The position numbers were made by a program, and so were the translations under genes. The notes below the pieces were generated by a model. The model was not told the origin of the DNA, made no database searches, and saw only the letters and a list, made by a program, of their open reading frames with translations. A DNA stretch of 64,000 nt, from positions 36,087-100,086 of the forward strand of contig DF237275.1 in NCBI GenBank assembly GCA_000708835.1. The letters run 5' to 3'. Below are positions 1-9,878 of the stretch, piece by piece. The DNA is from Klebsormidium nitens (Eukaryota; Plantae; Klebsormidiophyceae). The first letter of the stretch is position 1. Every line of letters begins with the position of its first letter.

Positions 1-1
1 T

Positions 2-3000
2 GGTCACCGCTCAGACGAGTCGCCGCCGCCCGTTCCGGTCGGTCCAGGCCTGAAGCGGAAGCGGAGCACAGCGGACCTCTTGCGGAGGCGCACCAGCGGA
101 TCGCTGTCGGAAGGTCCAAAGCAGCAGGTAATCGGCTGGTAGCCTTGTGAAGGAATCTGCTTCTATCATTGAGACGTCAGTGTCTGCAAAGAGAAGATGC
201 AGCTTCTGCAGGCCAACTCTCTTTGCGGATGCTAATAATGTCTCAACGAACAGTAGGAAGAGTGGAAGAGTTCTAAAAACGGGTTTGACATATATGTCTC
301 TGCCCCCATCTTTAAGGTTGTTGAGCTATTTTTCAAGTTTCCAAGACACGAGTATCATCGCCGGAGTTTGGAAAGATTAATTCGAACGATGTATCACTGT
401 GATTGCCCTTGTAAGATTGAACTGACGTGTCCGCTTTCTTTGCAGAAGACGAGCAGCGACGACGCTGACGTGAACTCTCCGCGCACGGCGGCCGCGAGCG
501 ACGAGGCGCTGTCCCCCGGACCGTCCCAGGCCAGGTCCGAGTCGCCCGTCGAAAGCGAGCAAGCTGAAGAAGTTGACGAGGACTTCGACGCCGAGGAGGA
601 GGAGGAAGAGGCAGAGATGGAGGAGGATGAGCCGCCGAAGAAGGAGCCTGCGAAGAACCGGTCGCACAAGAAGAAGACCCCCCCCGCCACGAAGGGGCCG
701 AAGAAGGGGGGAAAGCTGCCCGGAAAGAAGCACTCCGCCCGGGATGGGTTGGCGAAGCCGCTGGCGCTCGACGTCGCGACGATGTAAGGCCCCTGATGGT
801 TGCAAACCCTGCCTGATCAATCATACTGTCGAGATTTTAGCGTTCTGACTGTCAGCTCTGATAGCCGTGAAAAGCTTCTCAGCTCTGTGACTGTGTCTTT
901 CAATCACATTCGTTTTACAATCAAAAGTGGTACTCGCTGTTGAATTTCACTTATCCAAACCTGCTTTTCTAAACAACCGCTTGCGTGTGTCCCGAGGGCG
1001 GCCATACCATTAGAAGAAAGTAACGACGCCCTTCCTCTTTGACGGGAAAATAAGAGAGCCAAGTCGTCATTTTGCAGTCGAGGCCGCCTGCGGGCTCCCC
1101 CTGCACCTTCTCTGACGCCCCAGACTCCCGCCAAGGGCGAGTCGAAGGCCACGACCGAGACGGCGACCTCCCAGAAGGACAAGAAGAAGGAAGGGTCGCC
1201 CGTCGTTCTGAAGCTGCCCAAAGAGATGAGGGGCCGCTGGTCTACAGAGAGGTAAGGATAAGATGCCACACGGTTTGAAAAGATGAACTTGGATCGAGAG
1301 GCTTGCCCTTAAAATAGATAATCTTCTCATGGGGTCGATCCAACAATTCTGGGTTTATGCAATAAATGCATCTCAATGCAAAGCCTTACCTCGATTTGAG
1401 AATCCGTTATCGATAAAGACGAAAAGCAGGGTCTCGCTTAAGTAGGTCCCTTCGTGCGGCTTTATCTGGCATTCTCAGTCTACATCCGTCTTTCGCCCGA
1501 TGTCTTGCCAGGACCGCCTCTTTCTGTCTCTTCTATTCAAGAACAGGATGCCCAGATCAACTTGCTTTCTTGGTTCTTGATTAGGTACAAGACGGCGCAG
1601 CTGAAGCTGGTGGACATTATGCACCGCCGCGGCGCGGGTCCCGAGAAGCCCATCCTGCGCCAGATTCTGCGAGAGGAGGCGCGCAAGGACATCGGGGACA
1701 CAGGGCTGCTAGACCACTTGCTCAAGGTAATAAGTACCTGGCAACCGATTGCCGCTACTTTTTTACCGACTTCAATCTCCTGTTGGAAGTTCAGCGGGGT
1801 CGATTGTCTTGTTGAATGCTTCCGACGCTTGAAGGTGCCTTCGGCGCACTGTCAGAAGCTTATTGGAGCATTCGAGTGTCCACCCAAAGGAGTTGAACGT
1901 ATTTCAGAGTACTAACATTCGGGCTATGGCAGACAATCTTCTGAATGCATTGTTAAACACCTGTCAAGGCTGTACCCTCGTCTAAGCATCCGTCTTTACT
2001 ACACGGCTCCTCGACTTCCAAGAAGCTTCAGAAGCACTTTTCTAGCACCACCAATGACCCAGCCATGCTTCAGAAGTGCTCCGCTAACCCTTCTCTTTTC
2101 GGTGTATGACACCAATACTTCAAACGCTAACCGTATTATTCGCGGTTCCCAGCACATGACGGACACGGTGGTGGGCACCGACGAGCGGTTCCGGCGGCGG
2201 CACAACCCGGAGGGCCACATGGAGTACTGGCTGGAGGCGGAGCACCTGCTGGAGCTGCGCAAGACCGCGGGCCTCGACCCCACCAGCCCCATGCTCGTCC
2301 CGCTCAACCCCGCCATGTGGCCCAACCACCTGCACGTCGGCGGCGCGGCCGCCGCGCAGATCACGAAGTGAGCGGAAAACCGGGTGTGATACAGAGGAAA
2401 GCAAATATTTGCCCCGTTTAAGCTTGAAGAGGAGGCTTCTGTAGCCGTTATAGGAGTGCTTCTAAAACGATGCTGGAAAGTGGGAGCCGCTCGAGAGCTG
2501 AGTCACTGACGGATGGCGCATATAAAACCCGTTTACAGAGAATGTCGTCTGTGAGAGTCAAAAACCGAGTTGCCATTCGCATGTTCCTGATGAATTCTTT
2601 GAGCATTTGAGCTCTGAGGACGGATGCAAGGTTACCTGCAACAACGTTCTGGATATACGACGCATCTGTCACAAAACCTCAGTTCAGGCAAAGCTGGCGC
2701 AACAGCATCCTTTGAACACTCTGATCTCCTCCTCCTCAAAGGACTCCTCAAGACGTGGCTGAAGCTAAGAAAGCGAGCAAGGAGGCAAAGGACCTGCGCG
2801 CGAGCGTGTCGGGCTTACGGGAGGAGGTCCAGAGGCTGAGCCAGAAGGTGAAGAACGCCGAGCGCCGCGCGATCCAGCGCGAGGAGACGCGCGAGAAGGA
2901 CGCGCGCGGCGCGCTCGACGAGGTCAAGGAGGAGGTCGGGCGAGTGGAGGAGCGCGCGAGGAGGCGCGTGCAGGTACACTTCATGCCAAGCCTTCTTTGC

Positions 3001-4984
3001 CTTACGGCTCCCTTCATCACCTTCAGCGGTATTGTTACAGTAGTCTCAGCTGACTCTGTTCTGTGATGCCGCGGTTTTAGGAGACGCCGGTCGATTGAGG
3101 CTTCGAGAATCCTGTTTGCAGAAGCTGTTTGGGCAGTTGAAACGAAGTTCTTGCTACGATGGTAGCAAGAACTTTTTGCTACCATCGGTTGATTCTTTCA
3201 AGAATACTCGGTCACAATTCCGCTCCAAAATATGCTTGACCGGGTCTGTCAAAATATTGCTTGGATGCCGTTTCGAATATTAAGAAGAAACAGAAGCATA
3301 GGGCGCAGTGACCACATCTCGCAGACAAAGTCGCCAACATTGCACGTGCTCCTGATTTCGGACGTCCGCTTTCTGTGCAGCTCGTCCGGCAGAGCATCCA
3401 GTCCATCCGCGACGAGCTTGCCGAGGTGAGGGACGAGCAGCAGCGCCAGGCGGCCGCGGTCAGGGACGACGCGGCCGCGCGTAAGGCTGCGGAGACCGAG
3501 GGCAAAAGGGCGGCCGAGGTGGAGAAGGAGGAGATTAAGGAGCGAGAGCAGCGCGCGCGCGAAGAAATAGAGGCGCGGGTGGAGAGTGTGAAAGGGGAGG
3601 CGGACAAGCGGGCGGCTGGGCTGGAGAAGAAGATCTCTGAGTGAGGGATTACGATCGGTTTTTTTCGTTCCTCGGGATCCGAACAAAATATGGTAACTTA
3701 AACAATGGTCTTTTTTTGGAAGATCCATGGAGAAGAAAATCTGGTGGAATGGATTTGGCAAGAGAAGCTAGATTGTTGGCAAGCCTCATTCCGGATGCCC
3801 GTTTCGCAGAGGGGCCTTTCTTGTGGTATTGAAAGCGACCTTACCTGTCCGCTACAGCATCATCGCCCTTGCTGAGGCATCTCTGAGATTCTTAACCTGC
3901 TTCGCTTTTGTGTTCGTTCCCAAAACTCTTGTAGGTCCGGCATGATTCTCGAAGATATTCCTCCCCGGATCCGCTTTCGATCATTGCATCGAGCATTTGT
4001 TCTCATTGCATTGAACTCTCGGAGGAAAGGTCCGATGCAATACTATATGCTTCCGTTCGTGATGTGCCGAGCATCGAAGACACATGCAAGAGTCAAAGGA
4101 TTCACCTCTTTCTCTACGTCTTGTGCAGCCTCCAGAAGAAGCTCGAGGACACAACCACTGCTCTGGAGACTGACATCGCCCGCGCCCTGGAAGAGGCACG
4201 TGGCCGCCTGGAGGCAATCTTCCTGGACCGTCAGGAGATGCGCGGAGACATCAACAAACTGGTGGAACTCATTGCAGGGCTACAGGTGAGCAGAACATAT
4301 GATTATATGGTTCTTTTGACTTGAAGAGCTGCGTTTGTTTTGTTCGTACAAAAATCCATGTCAACCTGCAGTTGTGATTCCATTTGCGCGCCACCTAAGG
4401 TAACTCGCGCCCGGCACCCCGCGTTCGAAACCCGAAGAAGGTTTCCCTGACCGTTCCAGCGAAGAGGACGAGTCGAATCTGCACTGTCTGCCGTGACCTC
4501 TCAAGCGCTCATCCCGCTCAAGTAGGCTCTCCAATTCTGCCTGAAAGTTCCTTGCAGCGCGGTACCATCTCAAAGCTAGTAGGTAGCTGCCGAAGCGGAC
4601 CTGAGGAGTATTTCCGCACAGCTGAAGCCCTTACGAACCAAATCTGGCATAACTACTGTGTCTGATTGACAATGTTTTCGATTACTGCTGTAGGCCCGCT
4701 ACCCCGGTGCCACCGGGCAGCCCAACCGTGCGACTTTTCCGGCCACCACGAGTCTTTACCTGCCAACCATTCCCCCGACTAACGGAGCGGTACCGCGCGG
4801 AATCTTCCACCAGGGCATGCCGCGTGCCGCACCGCCTTCCCAGTTTCCGCCGGAAGCTGGCAACCGGATTAACAGTCACTCTCAAGGGCGCAGTAATGGT
4901 ACCCCGGTACCGGGCGGCCGCTCTGAAATACTCCCGGCGGCGTTGCAGAACGGTGTGAACACTTCCGGTGCGAATCCGCATTGA
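2..4984 (+). CDS. SWI1: SWI1/DYAD/AMEIOTIC1-family meiotic cohesion regulator, 5'-truncated by the window edge. Exons: <1-127, 446-783, 1078-1251, 1585-1726, 2153-2367, 2742-2973, 3381-3640, 4129-4285, 4694-4984
   Basis: Spliced translation gives RWSTERYKTAQLKLVDIMHRRGA..PILRQILREEARKDIGDTGLLDHLLKHMTDTVVGTDERFRRRHNPEGHMEYWLE, matching the SWI1/AM1 core (RWSAERY..LR.EARKLIGDTGLLDHLLKHM..RF.R.HN.DG.MEYWLE). All introns are GT-AG with consistent phases. A coiled-coil-like region follows, and the stop TGA is at 4982-4984. Confidence 0.88.
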
Positions 4985-6844
4985 TGCGGTTAACGGAGGC
5001 TTGCGACGCGCGCAGCGCAACTTAAAATAGAAGCTTTGTTGGATTGTATTGGAAAACGTGGGCTTCAGTTGTTGGATAGGGTTGTAGCTAGCATTTTGGG
5101 CACCAAAATCAGCGCTTAATCGGCTAGGAGTTGCTTCTGATGCTCTGAACTCTGGTAGACGTGAGCCCAAGGACTATGTCTGATTAAAGTCGCCACAGCC
5201 CGCTTGGTGAACGTTACAAAGTCGCACTAATGGTGCAGTCTCGGATCGATTGGTGTAACAAAGGAACCTGGTCGAAGTAGTTGGCTCGTATCCTATCCAC
5301 AAGTGTTTGAAATGATAAGGTTTGCTTTCTACATGTTGATAACACCTCGAATCTAAGTTGGCTGCTTCTATGATACTCAAAAGTATGCCTTAGTCCCTGT
5401 GCACACAAGGCATCAGTATCTTTCGACGCCACCATGACCATATCTAGCGCAAGTTACAGTTTCGGGTGACATTGTTGCAAACAAAGATACCGATGCACAA
5501 TCCTCGCGAGATAAGTGGACCGCTTTAGAAGATCGGACATGGTTCATTACCTTTTAGCTTCCAATAAGTATCATAAGTCCGCGAGACCGGCAACATTTGC
5601 AGCTCATATCATTTCGCCCCCTCCTGATAAAGAATGACCAGACGCTAGAGGGTGCAAGGGGACGGTCATGGTCAGAAATGCCGGAGATCTTGCCTCATCC
5701 CTCAACCTTAACGATAGACCACTTTGAACGCTACGTTTCCCATGATTGGAGGCACATGCGGTATGTAATCTGTTTGGTGCTTCAAGACCGCAAGCTCTGA
5801 ACGTGATGAATGACACATAAGAGGCCCAAATCAAGATGCAGGAACGTGCTTGACACAGCACCTGCGTCAGTGAAGGTGCACTGGTTCGTAGGTTAGAGGC
5901 AGCTTTTCGGAGCACCTCATCAGCCTCCTTCTCGCTCATTTTATGCAAGGGCAGGAAATTTGCTCCATACAACATACGAGGTACGGGATCCTCAGATCTT
6001 GGCACCTCTTAGTTCCCGTTACGAATTAAAGAGAATATCATGGCCGGTTTCACGTGTTGGCCACAAGTAGGCACGATCTGACAGTCTGGCACAGAGTTCT
6101 CTTTTCCGGAACGAGACCGACATGGAATCTCGGCGGGCTATGGCAAGCGGAAGACCGTGACCATCTCAGCTACGACCGAGCAGAACAAAGATTAGGATAT
6201 CAAATGTAATGTACCAGTCTAGCTCATCACGCGAGCTTTTGCTCGAATGATTTGTTGAAGAACTTCAAGAGCTGCCTCAATCACCAAAAGCCTGGAGATA
6301 TGCTTGCAGTCATGACGTTATCCTCACATGTAAAGTTCTTTGAAGGCGAGGAACTGACTTTTTCATGATAGATCATGTGTCGCGAAATCTTCGATGGACA
6401 CAATCCCATCAACATAAATCAGAGACAGCGATAAAAGGCGGTAGAACTTCAAAGACCTGGGGGTTTCATCACAAACAGTAGATGCCTATGTTTCTATGAA
6501 ACCCATGTCTCTTTGATCAGTTTAGTAAAGTTACCATGGCTGATCGATGCAATGTAAATACTATGGTTCTGTACAATTTCGATCTTGGTAGCCCGTTTAT
6601 CGAAAGCTTTGCCACCAACAAGTACAGAGCCTAAGATGCTTCTGAGTTTCTAGCTCTCCTAAGCAACAGGACAGAACTTGCCTAGTAGCCGCGAAAGTTG
6701 CGGTTTTGATGTCTAACAATCTGCTTACAAACAAGGTGCATGATGACATGCTGACACTGGCATCCAGTATCTCCCAACCACTTTTCCTCTCGTCCTTTCA
6801 GACCCCTCGGGCAGCCGCCCCGGTGTATCTGCTAGATCTGGGGC

Positions 6845-7129
6845 CTAGTCACAAGTGCACGCCTCGCCGCACGGGCAATTAGGCCCACAGTTGCAGTTTG
6901 GGTTGTTGCAGCCACCCTTCGTCTCCTTGCATGAAGCGCAAGCGCAATTGTCGCCGTAACTGCAAGGAAGGGGGCAGTTGCAACCCTCTCCGCAGCACAT
7001 TTTGGCTGCATCCACAGCCCCTTTGGCCTTGCTACCCGGACAATCGCTGCACTGAAACTTGTCCCCGCAGGAGCAGCCGTTTTTGCAGTTGCAAGCAGGG
7101 GAGCAATCGGCGCTGCGAGCCTTCTCCAT
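6845..7129 (-). CDS. Metallothionein-like protein, 94 aa, intronless, 22 Cys
   Basis: Complete ATG-to-TAG ORF with 22 Cys in CxC/CC/CxxC motifs, Gly/Asn/Ala-rich linkers and three similar Cys modules. Confidence 0.85.
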   Translation of the reverse strand: MEKARSADCSPACNCKNGCSCGDKFQCSDCPGSKAKGAVDAAKMCCGEGCNCPLPCSYGDNCACASCKETKGGCNNPNCNCGPNCPCGEACTCD

Positions 7130-9878
7130 AAGTTGAGTATTCTTTATGAGTCCAAACTCGGAAGCACTTGCAGGTCTCGTCGAAAAGGGATTGGGGACCT
7201 TCTCGCCGGCAGAATGGGAAGGTGGAGCGGGTTGCTAACCTACGGCGAATCCGTAGCCTTTCTGCGCCACAAAGTAGAAGTGGAAGCGGACAGGGAAGGG
7301 TCGGAGCTTATTTGAAAAGTGAAGGGCTAGTGACTGCAGGGGCTCGTGCTGTGCGAGTTGTACTTCTTCCCGGTCCTGGCCGTTCAGACGAGGTTGCGTT
7401 ACCAAGCTCGAGTATGCGCACGAAACACTTCCCACTGTCCTTTTGAACGCTTGCAGTCTGACAAAGAAACGATTGCCGCCTGAGAGGTGTCCCTTACACT
7501 TCGAATGTCTGCATCCGTCTCATTCGGCTGGATCGACGTTGACCCTCAATGATCTCACCTCTTCATCTACGAATGTTCTGTGCTTTGCAAATTGACCACT
7601 CTTTTTAGCAGGCCGATTGATCACTGAAAGATGGCCTGATTGACGTCCCTTCATTGTCAGAGGGCTATCTTGATGTCGATTAGCTAGGCATGGTTGCTCC
7701 GAACGTTGCGCGTGGAGCAGAACTAGATAGCGATAACGACTGACACCGACTGACAGAACCGGGAGAATGGGACGCTATTTGAACGTAGGGTCACAAAATG
7801 CCAGGGGCTACTTCTGCAACGTTGAAGCTTGAGGTTTGCAAATTTTAAGCTCGCGCTGCCAACTAGTTACCGGTACTGACGATACCTGGATTTCGAGCCG
7901 ACACAGACCTTTTGTCCACGTGTCACAGTTCTCAATCAGCCCCAATCTCGGCCTCCCTTTGACCGTCGGATGAGATTCCTTGCAATTAATCAACGGGTTG
8001 ATAGTTATACCTCTGCCGTCATCCATTGGACTTGATACCATCCCGGTCTCTCAATCGAGAGACAAGGCGCCTTCTTGGCTGTCGCAATCGTGGCTCTCTC
8101 AACAGTGACAGAGGTCGGGGTCAAGAAGAATCAGCAGCATCGGGACCGGGGCCAGGGACCGCTGTTGGAAGAGCTGACGTGGCGGGGTTTAGGGGCGAAA
8201 CCCTGGGCTAGGCTTCTTCCAACCTATCATCGATCGGGAAGCCACGGTGCAAAACCCTATACCTCGCCACGTCAGCCCTTCCATTAACATCCCCGGCCCT
8301 GGTCCCAAAATCACGATACCGTAACACTTCAGGGATAAAAAGCTTCATGAATAAGAAGATCACCAGCCTGGGACGGGTACGGTTAATTTGGGGGTTTTAA
8401 GGGTGGGTGCGGGTGCGGAGCGGGTAATTTCCATAGGTTAGGTTTTGTGTGTTTGGTTTGAGCTTACTATTCCTTGAGCTTACTATTCCTGAATTGTCGC
8501 GACGTAAAATCACCGACTCTTCTTGACCCCCCTCTGATATCAGCTCTCGAGATCCAAGGGCTCGCTGGCCGTTGATTTTGATCTCTCGAGTCCGGGAAGT
8601 CTTTGCCTATCCAGTTGGCCGTATGTCCGCCTGTGCGAAAAGCTGGCGCGATTGATTGCACGACGTCACGGTTTGCAATGCAATTTGCCACTGGCTCGCA
8701 TGGCGACCTCGCTTATTTCAAAAATGGTCACATTCAGCTTGATGTGACTGCTCCTGACATATCTACCAAGCTTGCTCGTGGTCCATGGCCACCGCCTTCA
8801 CTTGTAAAACTCTGCAAAACCATAATATTGGCTCCAGCTCATGTCTCAGGAAAGGTCCATGATTGGAGGGCAACTCAGCTCCGTGCTGTCCACGTCAAAA
8901 TTTAGGCCTTAAGGGTATCTTTTGGCAGAAAGAGTCACCGCTTGCTTTTCTGCGGTTGATAGCCGTTAGATCCAGGTCATTGATACAGACAATCTCTGTC
9001 TCGAAGAACTGGATAAGAATGGTAAGCTGATACGAATGTCGACCTTTTGAAAGGTTCCGTTATTGTCTTTTCGATGACACTGTCGTGCGCCTCAACACCT
9101 CAGCAAGCTGAGCTGGATCATGGATTCGTGCCGCTTCATTCTAGAACTATCAGAGAACATCAAATCACGGTCACATCCTAAAGCTTCTTAGTCTGCAAGA
9201 AACTTCTGCAGACCATCGGATGCAAGTGACCGTTTGATCCAAGAATCGAGCCGTTCCAGTCCAAGAAAATTTTGGAAGCAGGTTTTGAATTTGATTGGTG
9301 AGTCTTCGACAAGCCTCGTGTTATGCTCATCGGTGTGGTCACCACAAGCTTCTCGAACTGACCGTAAGGAGCGTCGAGAATTTTAGGTAGCAAGGTGCTC
9401 GCGTAAGTACGTGCCGCGTGGTGTCTTCGTTAAGCCATCAGTAAGTCCCGTCAAGAGGTGAAGCTGCGTGCTTTGAGATTCAGCTTCGCCTTTGTTCTTA
9501 GCTGATACTATGGGAGGCGAAGGAGAGGTGGAAACGCAGATGCATGTAGCTGATGGAAATACTGGCAAGGAGGAAACGAAATATAGCTCAGAAGAGAAAA
9601 AAGGTAGGAGTCTATTGAGGGACTGCACGAAGCCACTCGTGCGCTCTTTAAACCGGCTTGCTCGATTCAACAAGAGGCTTTCCAGGATCGGTCATGTCGT
9701 GAGCGAATAATACACAACGAAAGCGGTGGAGAGCCTCGTTTCCGGGAGGCTTCTGTGAGGCCGAGAAAGTAGTGGAGAGCTGATCTGCTGGAGGAAGGGA
9801 TGTCCGCACTTCCGCTTCTCTGGTAACTTCTCTGGTAACTTCAAAAACGGTAGAGAACGTTCTGCATGCCGTTAAAGG

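Noticed and set aside
3146-3187. Nested palindromes GTTCTTGCTA..TAGCAAGAAC..TTGCTACCATCG in a SWI1 intron
   Set aside because: Too short for a MITE or miRNA precursor, and no TSD is present.
7415-7421. TGCGCAC matching the metal-response element core TGCRCNC, about 290 bp upstream of the metallothionein
   Set aside because: A single degenerate 7-mer is expected by chance every few kb, and the MRE/MTF-1 system is defined in animals.
8142-8425. Imperfect 16-bp inverted repeat, telo-box-like TTTAGGG/AAACCCT words, Ac-like CAGGGATAAAA (8330) and a G-quadruplex-type run (8390-8413)
   Set aside because: No matching second TIR or TSD and no tandem telomeric array. Each element is short enough to be chance.
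9510-9603. Possible upstream AP2 exon (MGGEGEVETQ..EEKK, GT donor)
   Set aside because: It ends in phase 1, while the only nearby acceptor (9876-9877) needs phase 2, so it cannot be joined in frame.
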